From: a virus
Taxonomy: Duplodnaviria > Caudoviricetes
Virus record (IMG/VR): IMGVR_UViG_3300013132_000053
Span: 1-62,410 of that record
DNA: 62,410 nt
Direction: 5' to 3' (one strand)
The notes under the pieces were generated by a model. It did no database searches and was not told the origin of the DNA. It saw only the letters and a program-made list of their open reading frames with translations. Positions 36,700-46,045 of this stretch are shown piece by piece; positions within the stretch are counted from its first letter, which is position 1; each line of letters starts with the position of its first letter. The position numbers were made by a program, and so were the translations under genes.

Positions 36700-38151
36700 A
36701 TGAACTTTCAAGATAACACACCTTATGATATTTTAACCGAGAAATGGAATCCCGTGCTTGATCACGGTGCTCTTCCATCAATCGCTGATGATTACCGTAA
36801 AAAGGTAACTGCCGTCCTCTTGGAAAACCAAGAGCAAGCCATTCGCGCCCAACACCTCACCGAGGATATGACTTCCAATAACTTGGGAATGCCTACAAGC
36901 TTCTCAAACACTGGTAACGTCGCTGGTTATGATCCAGTGCTCATTTCCTTGGTTCGTCGTGCAATGCCAAACTTGATGGCCTATGACATCTGCGGCGTTC
37001 AGCCAATGACCGCCCCAACCGGCCTCATCTTTGCAATGCGCGCAAACTACGGTGGTTGCGCATATGGTTCCACACTCAACTATGCAGAAGCAATGTTCCA
37101 GGAAGCTCAACCACAATACGGTGGTTCTGCATGGGCACAGCCTGAGTACAAAGGTAGTACTGCTGGTTACGGTCTTTGCGCTGGTTCATGCGGTCCATTT
37201 GGTTACTCTGGCTCAAGCCCACTTCTACTTCGTAATTTGAGCGCAGCTAACTTTAGCCGATTCAAAGGCATATTGACAAACTACGGTGAGGGAATTGGTT
37301 CAGCTGCCGGTGCAGGTGGTGCAGCACTTGGAGTTTGGAATCAAATGGCATTCTCGATTGACCGTGTTGCAGTACAAGCTCGTACACGTGCTTTGTCCAG
37401 CAACTACACAATCGAATTGGCGCAGGATCTCAAGGCTGTTCACGGTCTTGATGCCGAAGCCGAACTTGCAAACTTGCTCAGCACAGAAATTCTTGCTGAA
37501 ATCAACCGCGAGATTGTTCGTACAATTTACTATGTTGCCAAAGCTGGTTCACAACAAATCGATCTTCAAAGCAAAGGCAGCTACAATGTTGCAGCTGATT
37601 CTGATGGTCGTTGGTCTGCTGAACGATTCCGTGGCCTTACTTTCCAGATTGAACGTGAGTGCAATGCAATTGCCAAGGAAACCCGCCGTGGCAGAGGCAA
37701 CTTCATCGTCTGCGATAGCGATACCGCAGCAGCTCTTGCCATGTCTGGCTTCATGAGCCTCAGCCCAGCAATTGCACCTCAACTCAACGTTGATGATACA
37801 CAAAGCACATTTGCTGGTCTGCTCAATGGAAAGATTCGCGTATATATCGATCCTTATACCCCACTCGGAGTAAACTTCTTCTGTGCCGGTTATAAGGGTG
37901 AATCTCCATATGATGCTGGATTGTTCTACTGCCCATACGTTCCTCTGCAAATGGTTCGTGCAGTTGATCCAGATACCTTCCAGCCTCGTATTGCATTCAA
38001 GACCCGTTATGGTGTCGTTGCTAACCCATATGTTCTCAACGCAGCCACTAACGCTCCTGATGCTGACAGCTTGACTCAAGGTTTGAATCAATATTACCGC
38101 TTGACACAGGTAACCGAACTCCACGGTATCTGCTCTGGTGGTAACATTTAA
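36700..38151 (+). CDS. 23: Major capsid protein gp23
   Basis: DPVLISLVRRAMPNLMAYDICGVQPM, ELAQDLKAVHGLDAEAEL, YCPYVPL, FKTRYG. Confidence 0.98.
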   Translation: MNFQDNTPYDILTEKWNPVLDHGALPSIADDYRKKVTAVLLENQEQAIRAQHLTEDMTSNNLGMPTSFSNTGNVAGYDPVLISLVRRAMPNLMAYDICGVQPMTAPTGLIFAMRANYGGCAYGSTLNYAEAMFQEAQPQYGGSAWAQPEYKGSTAGYGLCAGSCGPFGYSGSSPLLLRNLSAANFSRFKGILTNYGEGIGSAAGAGGAALGVWNQMAFSIDRVAVQARTRALSSNYTIELAQDLKAVHGLDAEAELANLLSTEILAEINREIVRTIYYVAKAGSQQIDLQSKGSYNVAADSDGRWSAERFRGLTFQIERECNAIAKETRRGRGNFIVCDSDTAAALAMSGFMSLSPAIAPQLNVDDTQSTFAGLLNGKIRVYIDPYTPLGVNFFCAGYKGESPYDAGLFYCPYVPLQMVRAVDPDTFQPRIAFKTRYGVVANPYVLNAATNAPDADSLTQGLNQYYRLTQVTELHGICSGGNI

Positions 38152-38172
38152 TCTAGTATAGTTAAAGATTAG

Positions 38173-38207
38173 AAACCCCCCTGAGAAATCAGGGGGGTTT
38201 TCTTTTT
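38173..38207 (+). terminator. Intrinsic terminator after gene 23
   Basis: aaacccccctga-GAAA-tcaggggggttt followed by a T-rich tail. Confidence 0.9.
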
Positions 38208-38222
38208 GGGATAAATAATTTT

Positions 38223-38774
38223 ATGAGCACATGCCAAACATCATTTAGCAATCTTTATGGTAATTACTTTATTTTCAGCGTAAATCGTCCAACAGAAGGT
38301 CAATCCAATACGCCTTCCACTGAAATATTGGAGCTCATGGTACAAAAAGTAAATTTACCTGGATTGACTGTTCCCGATGTTCCTCAGCCAACAACCCTTG
38401 GAATAACCATTCCAGTTCCAACATTGGCAGTTCAATACGAGTCATTAAACGTTGAATTTTTGGTTGATGGACAACTTGAAAACTGGAAAAGTTTGTATTC
38501 GTGGATGAGAAATTTAGCAAACATAGAAAATGACACTGGATATAATTTAGATACATACCAGCAATGGCATGGCAGTGCTTCTCTAATTTTGCCTCAACCA
38601 ATAGATTGCGATACACCATCACCAAATTTAACTGTTTCTTTTGTAAATCTAGTTCCAACTAGACTAACTGGACTGATTTTTCAGGCTGATGTCACCGATG
38701 CTCCAATTTTAAAGGCCAGTTGCAGTTTTAGATTTTCTCACTATACTATAAGTCCAGATTTGGTTACCGGTTAA
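38223..38774 (+). CDS. 3: Tail completion/tube terminator gp3-like
   Basis: VQKVNLPG...YESLNVEFLVD..LENWK.LYSWM; follows gene 23; TAAATA 5 nt upstream. Confidence 0.8.
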   Translation: MSTCQTSFSNLYGNYFIFSVNRPTEGQSNTPSTEILELMVQKVNLPGLTVPDVPQPTTLGITIPVPTLAVQYESLNVEFLVDGQLENWKSLYSWMRNLANIENDTGYNLDTYQQWHGSASLILPQPIDCDTPSPNLTVSFVNLVPTRLTGLIFQADVTDAPILKASCSFRFSHYTISPDLVTG

Positions 38775-39422
38775 TCAAAGATAATCAGAAGGATTGTCTG
38801 ACCAGCTCTCTGGGCTGTTTGGGTTGCCATCTGGTTCATATGGGAGCTTAGAAGCCTCTGGTTTGGCTTTATTGCGCTTCTTTGGCTTTGGTTGGGGTTC
38901 TGGAGCTTCTTCCTCAGTCTTCTCTATAATCGATTCTACGTCAAGTTCTTCGTCTTCATCATCAATAATTTCTACTTGTTCGTAACTTTCTATCAATTCA
39001 TTTACAAATCCAACAAAATCTTCGTTATTAAATAATTCATTGAGTAATTTTAATCCATTTTCTGGATTTATAAAATCTGCATTTCCTGTACTTACTACTG
39101 CTTTTGGGTCTGTCTGCATCGTTACAAAATAAATTTCATACATTTTTTCAAGAGTTGTGTTTGGTCTCCCGAGGTACATAACCATATTTTTGTTTATCTC
39201 TATTTCAAAACTTTCCACATTTGTGACATAGTTTGTTAATTTTACGTATTCAATTGTATTATTATCCTTATCTTTTCCATAATAAGATGAAAGGAGTGCA
39301 GGCAATTTTAAAATTATTTTTTTTGGCGTCTCTATTATCAGGGAAATTATTTCCTCTCCGGAAATAAGTTTTAAAACCCGCAAGACGCCCGAGACAGAAT
39401 TCTCAGGAAGTGAATCGGACAT
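38775..39422 (-). CDS. Conserved phage protein with Sm-like N-terminus and acidic tail
   Basis: LKLISGEEII motif; follows uvsW; GGAGG SD; TAAATA at 39445-39450. Confidence 0.6.
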   Translation of the reverse strand: MSDSLPENSVSGVLRVLKLISGEEIISLIIETPKKIILKLPALLSSYYGKDKDNNTIEYVKLTNYVTNVESFEIEINKNMVMYLGRPNTTLEKMYEIYFVTMQTDPKAVVSTGNADFINPENGLKLLNELFNNEDFVGFVNELIESYEQVEIIDDEDEELDVESIIEKTEEEAPEPQPKPKKRNKAKPEASKLPYEPDGNPNSPESWSDNPSDYL

Positions 39423-39443
39423 TTTACTGTCCTCCCTTCCTTA

Positions 39444-40943
39444 TTATTTATCTTTCAATAGATCCATTGAGAATATCTTGTGATCAAATTTTTCTCTTTT
39501 GTATATCTTCAAACGTTCCTCAAAATGTTTTAAAACATGGTTTTTGTAAGATTTAATCGAAAGATCATCAACTATGTCAAAAACCTTTAGAGTTTTCTTT
39601 TTTGCGGATATCCTAAGTCCTCTTCCTATGCTTTGAAGCAATCTGATCACGGATTTAGTAGGTGACGCAAATATAATATTGTCAATGTTAACGATGTTAA
39701 TACCAGCGCTGGTAGTACCAAAACTTGCCACCAGTATTGCATTCGATTCCTTATCGACAACTTTGCGAATGTGCTCTCTTGTTTCTGCTTCTGTTTTTCC
39801 AGAGATAAAATATATTTTTCTATCACCTGCTTCTGCTTCGATGAGAGCCGTGAGGGGTCGTCCATGGAGTTCGACGTAATTGAAGAGTATGAGGGTGTTT
39901 CCTTTTGTTTTGAGTGCAAGATCTTTGATGAATTGGTTTCTTTTTTCATTTGTTACAATCCATTTTATTTCATCTGGATATTTCTGTTTTTTTAACAGAT
40001 GTTTTTCTTCCTCAGTATATTTAAGCATTATGCAATCTATTCCAAGGGTTGCAAGCAATCCTTTGGACATTAGATTTTTTGTATGTATGAATTGAACTGC
40101 AGGTCCTAGAATTCCCTCTATGCTAAGCCTGTGTGCTTGTGCCTGATGTAGGGTTCCTGTAGTACCTATACGAAACCAAGCCTTATGAAGCTTTTGTCCT
40201 ATAAAATTTATTGACTCCGCCTTGGCTTGATGGCACTCATCAAAAAATATAGCATCAAAGTCGGAAAACCATTCCTTTGGCAACTTGTAAATTGACTGCC
40301 ACGTTGAAATCACTATCTGCTTGTTGGTGTCTTTGTCTTGGCCAGCAGATATTTTGTGAATATATTTTTTGCATGACCAGGATTTATCTTGACTAGAATA
40401 ATCAAAAAAATCCGATTCCATCTGGTTAACCAAGCCAACCGTAGGAACCAGAATAAGAATCTTGCGGTCTGTAGGAAGTACCGTTTGAAGAAATCGAACC
40501 AATACGTATATAATGAGACTTTTTCCAGATCCTGTGGGAGAAATCACCACCGAACGATGATTGTTCAATGCATGCAAAATAGCCTGTTCCTGATGGTCGT
40601 GCATCTGGACGTCTTTTTTTCGAACTGTAACCTTCAAAGATTTGTAAAACTCCGAAAGTTTTTCCTTTGTAATGCATAAAGGGTTTTTACTTTCTTTTAT
40701 ATTTAAGGAGTATTTTCTGTCTTCAGAAAATTTTTGAAGATACGATTTCAATCCCCTCGGCAAAGTAGATGATAAAATGTCGTAAAGACGAATTTTGCCG
40801 TCCCAAAGCCTGCGCTTGAACATAGGCATGTATTGTGCACCGGGAACCATGAAGGAAAAATAATCCCTCAGTTCTTTCTTAAGTGCTTGTTCTGTTTTGA
40901 TGTAGTAACGAACTTCATCAATAGATTCAACTTCAATATCCAC
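39444..40943 (-). CDS. uvsW: DNA helicase UvsW
   Basis: WDGKIRL, SPTGSGKS, DECH, GTTGT, QSIGRGLR. Confidence 0.95.
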   Translation of the reverse strand: MDIEVESIDEVRYYIKTEQALKKELRDYFSFMVPGAQYMPMFKRRLWDGKIRLYDILSSTLPRGLKSYLQKFSEDRKYSLNIKESKNPLCITKEKLSEFYKSLKVTVRKKDVQMHDHQEQAILHALNNHRSVVISPTGSGKSLIIYVLVRFLQTVLPTDRKILILVPTVGLVNQMESDFFDYSSQDKSWSCKKYIHKISAGQDKDTNKQIVISTWQSIYKLPKEWFSDFDAIFFDECHQAKAESINFIGQKLHKAWFRIGTTGTLHQAQAHRLSIEGILGPAVQFIHTKNLMSKGLLATLGIDCIMLKYTEEEKHLLKKQKYPDEIKWIVTNEKRNQFIKDLALKTKGNTLILFNYVELHGRPLTALIEAEAGDRKIYFISGKTEAETREHIRKVVDKESNAILVASFGTTSAGINIVNIDNIIFASPTKSVIRLLQSIGRGLRISAKKKTLKVFDIVDDLSIKSYKNHVLKHFEERLKIYKREKFDHKIFSMDLLKDK

Positions 40944-40950
40944 TTAATAT

Positions 40951-41388
40951 TTATACCACTCCATTCATCATTTTTTGCCAATCTATTGCAGACTTTATCA
41001 TAAAATTTCTGTTGTTTAGGGCTTTTAAAAATTCTTCTACCAACTTAAGTTTTACTTCAGTTATTGCAAGTTTAGATTTCAATTCAATGACTTTTGGATC
41101 GGCTTCAATAAATTGTTCAACATCGCTTTTCAACAATGTAAGCTGTGATGGTTCTTCCTTCCATTCTTCCAATTCTTCCTTTGATGCCTTGCCAGTATAA
41201 ATTTTCCATTTTCTTAATTTTAATACCGCAAGGTCATTTTGGTGTTTTGCCAAAAGTAATTTGACATCTGCAAGTATTGTTAGATACTTGGAGTGTATTT
41301 GAGGTATCTTAAGAGACTCTATACCTAATTCTGTAGAGTCTATTTGAGAGTCTTTAGTAATAAGTTCTTTAAGGTTATCTAGATTCAT
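40951..41388 (-). CDS. uvsY: Recombination mediator UvsY
   Basis: DSQID...ESLKIPQIHSKYL...YTGK...RNFMIKSAIDW. Confidence 0.9.
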   Translation of the reverse strand: MNLDNLKELITKDSQIDSTELGIESLKIPQIHSKYLTILADVKLLLAKHQNDLAVLKLRKWKIYTGKASKEELEEWKEEPSQLTLLKSDVEQFIEADPKVIELKSKLAITEVKLKLVEEFLKALNNRNFMIKSAIDWQKMMNGVV

Positions 41389-41411
41389 CTTTAATACTCT
41401 TTTTTAGAGTT

Positions 41412-41439
41412 ATTCTAAAGTATCTTTAGATAATGTCAA
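41412..41439 (-). promoter_or_regulatory. sigma70-type promoter TTGACA-N16-TAGAAT (uvsY)
   Basis: Near-perfect hexamers. Confidence 0.75.
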
Positions 41440-41449
41440 ATAAATATTC

Positions 41450-41477
41450 TTGACATTTATTTTAAATAATCTATAAT
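41450..41477 (+). promoter_or_regulatory. sigma70-type promoter TTGACA-N16-TATAAT for the glycan island; TAAATA boxes at 41441 and 41463
   Basis: Perfect hexamers; overlapping late-type boxes. Confidence 0.8.
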
Positions 41478-41493
41478 AACTGTGAGGTCTTCA

Positions 41494-42129
41494 ATGATTA
41501 TTGATCTGCGTGAAATCCCAATTGTTTGGATTAATCTTGATTCGGCAAAAAAGAATGCCGAGATGATGGAAGAACGTTTTAAAAAATACGAATTTAAAAA
41601 TACTCATCGTAAACCCGGTATTATTATACCACCTCCAAAAGATACAGACAAGTCCATTGCCCATTTTCGTGGATGTGGTCAGGCACACATTGAAATTTTA
41701 GAAAACAAAAATTATCCAACACCACTTCTTATTTTGGAAGATGATGTGGAGTTTGTTGAAAATTTTAATCCAAAAATTGAAATTCCTGATGATTGTGACG
41801 GAGTGTATTTGGGAATTTCGCATGGAAATATTTTTTACCATACTTGTCAATACAACGAAAATTATTTGCGTATTGCAGGTATTTTGGCAGCACATGCTAT
41901 TTTGTATATAACACCCCAATACAGAAAAGCAATGGCAGATATAGGAAAGTATTGCCTTTATGAATTAAACAAACCTTGGGATGTGGGTACGGCTGGAATA
42001 CAAACTCAGTTTAAAGTCGTAACACCAAATTTTCCTTTAATATACCAATCAAATGACAGAGAGAGTGCAAATAAATGGCAAAATTTAACTGACAAACCGC
42101 TTCAAAACAGAAATAGAATATTTCCATGA
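41494..42129 (+). CDS. Glycosyltransferase, GT25-like
   Basis: WINLD...GC..AH..IL...LILEDD. Confidence 0.65.
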   Translation: MIIDLREIPIVWINLDSAKKNAEMMEERFKKYEFKNTHRKPGIIIPPPKDTDKSIAHFRGCGQAHIEILENKNYPTPLLILEDDVEFVENFNPKIEIPDDCDGVYLGISHGNIFYHTCQYNENYLRIAGILAAHAILYITPQYRKAMADIGKYCLYELNKPWDVGTAGIQTQFKVVTPNFPLIYQSNDRESANKWQNLTDKPLQNRNRIFP

Positions 42130-42911
42130 TAACATTTAATTTGATGGGAAACTATGGAAGATTGGGGAACCAAATGTTTCAGTACGCTACTCTTTATTCA
42201 ATTGCAAAAACAAGAGGATATGAGTTTGGCGTACCTATGCAAAGAAAATCCAAAAACCCATATCACAACTTTTGTTTAAATGAATGTTTTCCAAATCTTT
42301 CTGCAAAAGACAGCACAAATTCAGTTTCAAGTCATAGAGCACAGGAAAGAGAATTTACATACAATGCTGGAATATTTGGTGTACCGGATAATACGGATAT
42401 AACTGGTTATTTTCAAAGTGAAAAATATTTTGTAGATTACAGGCCTCAGATATTGAAAGAATTTAGTTTTAAAGATGAAATTTTTGAAAAATGCGTAGAT
42501 ATAAGAAACATCACAAAGGAACCAGTTATATCTGTACATTTAAGAATTGGAGATTATAAAAATTTAGTAGGTAAACATCCAATATGTTCTATTGAGTATT
42601 ATCAAAAAGCATTGGAATTATTACCAAACGATTTATTAATTATAGCATTTAGCGATGAACCAAATGAAGCTAAAAAACTATTTGATTCACTTGGTAGAAA
42701 GTATTTCATACCAGAGAACGATCAATACTATGATATGTGCTTAATGACACTTTGTAATTATCATGTAATTGCAAACAGCAGTTTTAGTTGGTGGGGGTCT
42801 TGGTTAAGCAAAAGCAAGAAAACAATTGCACCGTCTGAATGGTTTGGTAATTCTCCAGAAATGCCAAAGAACTGGTCAGATATATATTGTGATGGTTGGT
42901 GTATTATATGA
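42126..42911 (+). CDS. GT11 alpha-1,2-fucosyltransferase family
   Basis: GRLGNQMFQYA, GYFQSEKYF, VHLRIGDY, NSSFSWW. Confidence 0.9.
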   Translation: MITFNLMGNYGRLGNQMFQYATLYSIAKTRGYEFGVPMQRKSKNPYHNFCLNECFPNLSAKDSTNSVSSHRAQEREFTYNAGIFGVPDNTDITGYFQSEKYFVDYRPQILKEFSFKDEIFEKCVDIRNITKEPVISVHLRIGDYKNLVGKHPICSIEYYQKALELLPNDLLIIAFSDEPNEAKKLFDSLGRKYFIPENDQYYDMCLMTLCNYHVIANSSFSWWGSWLSKSKKTIAPSEWFGNSPEMPKNWSDIYCDGWCII

Positions 42912-43729
42912 ATAAGTTAAATATTTTTACTACAGCATTTAATACTCATTCTTGTTTAAACAGTCCCCCAAAAAATTTTGAGTGGATCTTTAATGTATAT
43001 CCTAAAAAAAAAGAGCCTGTTGTTTATTTTGATGATGCCATTTTTAGATACATGAATGACGGCTACAACGGTCTAAAATATGGATGGCTGGGGGAATCTT
43101 CTGAAATAATAGCACCACTTATAATGGGCGTAACTTTAAATAAAGATATACTAAAATTAAGATACAAAAAAATATTTACTAATGACAGAAGAATTATAAA
43201 CATAGATCCCCAATTTTTTTCTTATAATCCTCCAGCTTCTAACATGCCATGGATTAAAGAACCCAATGTATATGAAAAAAATAAATTGTGTTCTTATACA
43301 ACAAGTTTTAAACAATTTACTTCTGGTCATATAAAAAGAATGGAGTTGTTTGAAAAATTAAAAAACAATCCTAACTTTAAAGATCATATTTTTGGAAGAG
43401 ATTATAAATTTATACCTGACAAATTAGACGGTTTAAAAGATTACATGTTTTCTATAGTTGTAGAAAATAGCATTTATCCAAAATATTATACTGAAAAAAT
43501 AACAGATTGTTTTGCTACAGGAACGGTGCCTATATACTATGGTGATAAAAGCATAGGTGAAGATTTTAATACTAAAGGTATAATTTTTATAGACGATATG
43601 GAAACCTTTGATGTTCTTACTCCAGAACTATATCAAGAGTGTTTGCCATATGTAAAAGAAAATTACGACAGAGTAAATAATCTTACCACAGCTGATGATT
43701 TTATTTACAAGAGTGTAATGAATGATTAA
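42908..43729 (+). CDS. GT10-like fucosyltransferase family
   Basis: YMFSIVVEN...YYTEKITDCFATGTVPIYYG. Confidence 0.75.
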   Translation: MNKLNIFTTAFNTHSCLNSPPKNFEWIFNVYPKKKEPVVYFDDAIFRYMNDGYNGLKYGWLGESSEIIAPLIMGVTLNKDILKLRYKKIFTNDRRIINIDPQFFSYNPPASNMPWIKEPNVYEKNKLCSYTTSFKQFTSGHIKRMELFEKLKNNPNFKDHIFGRDYKFIPDKLDGLKDYMFSIVVENSIYPKYYTEKITDCFATGTVPIYYGDKSIGEDFNTKGIIFIDDMETFDVLTPELYQECLPYVKENYDRVNNLTTADDFIYKSVMND

Positions 43730-44588
43730 ATTAAGTATACATAATTTTTGGCCTGATTTTAATTACAATGAAAGTTTTTTTATATCTTTATTAAAAGATT
43801 TATATGGAGATGATTTAATTGTTACAAACAATGTAAATGATTGCAATTTATGTCTTGTTGCAGAAAACTATGTTCCCAAAGAAATAGACAGATCAAAAAC
43901 AAAAATATTGACATTTATGGCTGAACCAAAACCAGTTCAGTATCAAGATGGTGACTATCATCTTTCTTTTGATCCAGACCGAGAAGATTTAAAAAACATA
44001 AGATTACCATCATGGTATGTTTACATTAATTTTTACAATCTTCAAAATCAAAAAAATCCAATTCCAGTAATAAATCAATACGAGCTGGACAACAATAAAT
44101 GGATTAATACAACAAAAAACAAATTTTGTGTTGCTCCGTTTTCTGCAATACATAAAAATAGAGTTGATTTTTTAAATATTTTGAATACTTATAAACCAAC
44201 ACATGGATTTGGTCTTCCATTTGGCAATGGAGACAATGATAGAAACCAATTAAGAAAATATGATGCTATTTGTTCATTCAAATTTGCTATGGCATTTGAG
44301 AACACTCATAAACTTGGATATGTAACTGAAAAGTTTTTTCAAGCCAAAACAGCAGGGTGTATACCAATTTATTGGGGTGATTCCTACGTTTTAAGTGATT
44401 TTAATCCAGATTGTTTTATATACGTAAACAATTTTAAAACATATGAAGAATGTTTAGATTACGTAAAATACGTTGATTCAAATGAAGACGTGTATCAAAA
44501 AATGAAAAATGCTCCAATTTTTAAATATGACATAAACAAGTCACTTAATACAATAAAACAAAAAATTAAACAAACAATTCAATTATGA
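43722..44588 (+). CDS. GT10 alpha-1,3-fucosyltransferase family
   Basis: NFWPDF...RLPSW...KFAMAFEN...GYVTEK...AGCIPIYWG. Confidence 0.85.
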   Translation: MIKLSIHNFWPDFNYNESFFISLLKDLYGDDLIVTNNVNDCNLCLVAENYVPKEIDRSKTKILTFMAEPKPVQYQDGDYHLSFDPDREDLKNIRLPSWYVYINFYNLQNQKNPIPVINQYELDNNKWINTTKNKFCVAPFSAIHKNRVDFLNILNTYKPTHGFGLPFGNGDNDRNQLRKYDAICSFKFAMAFENTHKLGYVTEKFFQAKTAGCIPIYWGDSYVLSDFNPDCFIYVNNFKTYEECLDYVKYVDSNEDVYQKMKNAPIFKYDINKSLNTIKQKIKQTIQL

Positions 44589-45349
44589 AAACTAAAGTAA
44601 TAACTTTACCAAAAGCCAAAGAAAGACAAAAAAGAATAAAAACATCATTTGATGCAAATTCAATTTTATTTGATTTTGTAGATGGGGTTGAATTTAAAGA
44701 TTGTCAATTTCATGAAATAAATGGCAAACATTATGTAGAAAATAAAAAAAATTTGTTTGAGATAAATGAAGATCTATTTGTATTTAATACAAATAGATCT
44801 TGGATGAGATTTGGAGAAATTGGAGCATACATAGCACACTACAATCTATGGAAAGAATTTAATTACAGTAACAATGAAACAATATTAATCTGTGAAGATG
44901 ATGCATATCCACAGTCAGATATGACATTTTTAAATAAAATTGATTTATCAAATGTAGGTTTTATTAATTTACAAACTGTTACCGCTCATAATCAGGACAA
45001 ACAACCTCTTTATAAAGAACCATTTGTTTCATTTGAAAATAATGGACTTGTAAAATACAAAATGGGTATTTCATTATTGTGCGAAGGATTAACGGCATAT
45101 ATGTTAACTAAAACTGGATCTAAAATTTTGTGTGAATACATAGAGAAAAATGGTTTTGTTGGGCCAAATGATTGTTTAATAACAAAATTGGCAGAACAAA
45201 ATATTTTACCAGTTTATTCCCCCGTGCAGCTTGAAAAGTGTTTTGGGCTTGATGCAGAAACAAATCAAATATCATATACACATAGCGGAACATTTAGGGA
45301 TTACAAAAAATTTAACAAAACTACATTACAAATAAAGGATGAAAAATGA
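44585..45349 (+). CDS. GT25 glycosyltransferase
   Basis: FVDGV...GEIGAYIAHYNLW...LICEDD...TAYML. Confidence 0.8.
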   Translation: MKTKVITLPKAKERQKRIKTSFDANSILFDFVDGVEFKDCQFHEINGKHYVENKKNLFEINEDLFVFNTNRSWMRFGEIGAYIAHYNLWKEFNYSNNETILICEDDAYPQSDMTFLNKIDLSNVGFINLQTVTAHNQDKQPLYKEPFVSFENNGLVKYKMGISLLCEGLTAYMLTKTGSKILCEYIEKNGFVGPNDCLITKLAEQNILPVYSPVQLEKCFGLDAETNQISYTHSGTFRDYKKFNKTTLQIKDEK

Positions 45350-45975
45350 ATACAAGAATAAGTGAATTAAAAAATTCTGTTTTTTATGCATTGAATGATG
45401 AAAATAATCACAATGTTACAGATGACATATTTACAATAAAAGGATTTTCTGGTAAAGAATATAAAAAATTTGCAAATAGACTTTTATCTAGAACAAGTAT
45501 AAACAATTATCTAGAAATAGGTGTCTGGTATGGTTCAACCGTAATAGCTGCGCTCAAAGGAAATGAGAACAGATTAAACCACAAAGTAATTGATAACTTT
45601 TCACAATTTGGTTCGCCAAAAAATGAGTTTATAGATAATTGGAATAAAAATTTAAATTGTCAAATAAGTTTGGTGGATCAAGATTGCTTTAAAATTGATT
45701 TTGAGAAAGATAATATACAAAATATAGACGCATATTTTTATGATGGTGATCACAAAGAAGAAGATCATTACCTTGCTTTAAAGTATTATTATCCAGCATT
45801 GGCTCATACATTTATCTACATGGTGGATGATTGGACCTGGCCAGCGGTTCAACAGGGAACATCCAGAGCAATTCAGGATTTGAATTTGAAGATGCATACA
45901 TATGTTTCTTTTGAAGGCTACGAAGATTCAAATGGATGGTGGAATGGTTGTGGAATTTTTGTTTTTGAAAAATAA
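45346..45975 (+). CDS. Class I SAM-dependent methyltransferase (sugar O-methyltransferase-like)
   Basis: YLEIGVWYGST, FYDGDH, YMVDDW. Confidence 0.8.
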   Translation: MNTRISELKNSVFYALNDENNHNVTDDIFTIKGFSGKEYKKFANRLLSRTSINNYLEIGVWYGSTVIAALKGNENRLNHKVIDNFSQFGSPKNEFIDNWNKNLNCQISLVDQDCFKIDFEKDNIQNIDAYFYDGDHKEEDHYLALKYYYPALAHTFIYMVDDWTWPAVQQGTSRAIQDLNLKMHTYVSFEGYEDSNGWWNGCGIFVFEK

Positions 45976-46003
45976 TTATAACTAAAATAAAAATTAATTT
46001 TAA

Positions 46004-46032
46004 TTGACAAAGGTTAAAATTAACAATATAAT
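46004..46032 (+). promoter_or_regulatory. sigma70-type promoter TTGACA-N17-TATAAT (rfbH)
   Basis: Perfect consensus; the only 17-bp spacer I found. Confidence 0.8.
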
Positions 46033-46045
46033 ATTTACGAATATT

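Noticed and set aside
36904-38124. Long overlapping/antisense ORFs within gene 23 (similar ones in genes 32 and 22)
   Set aside because: Expected by-product of codon bias in highly expressed genes; no recognisable motifs
41396-41411. Small ACTCT/AGAGT hairpin in the uvsY leader
   Set aside because: Only about 5 bp in AT-rich sequence; plausible by chance
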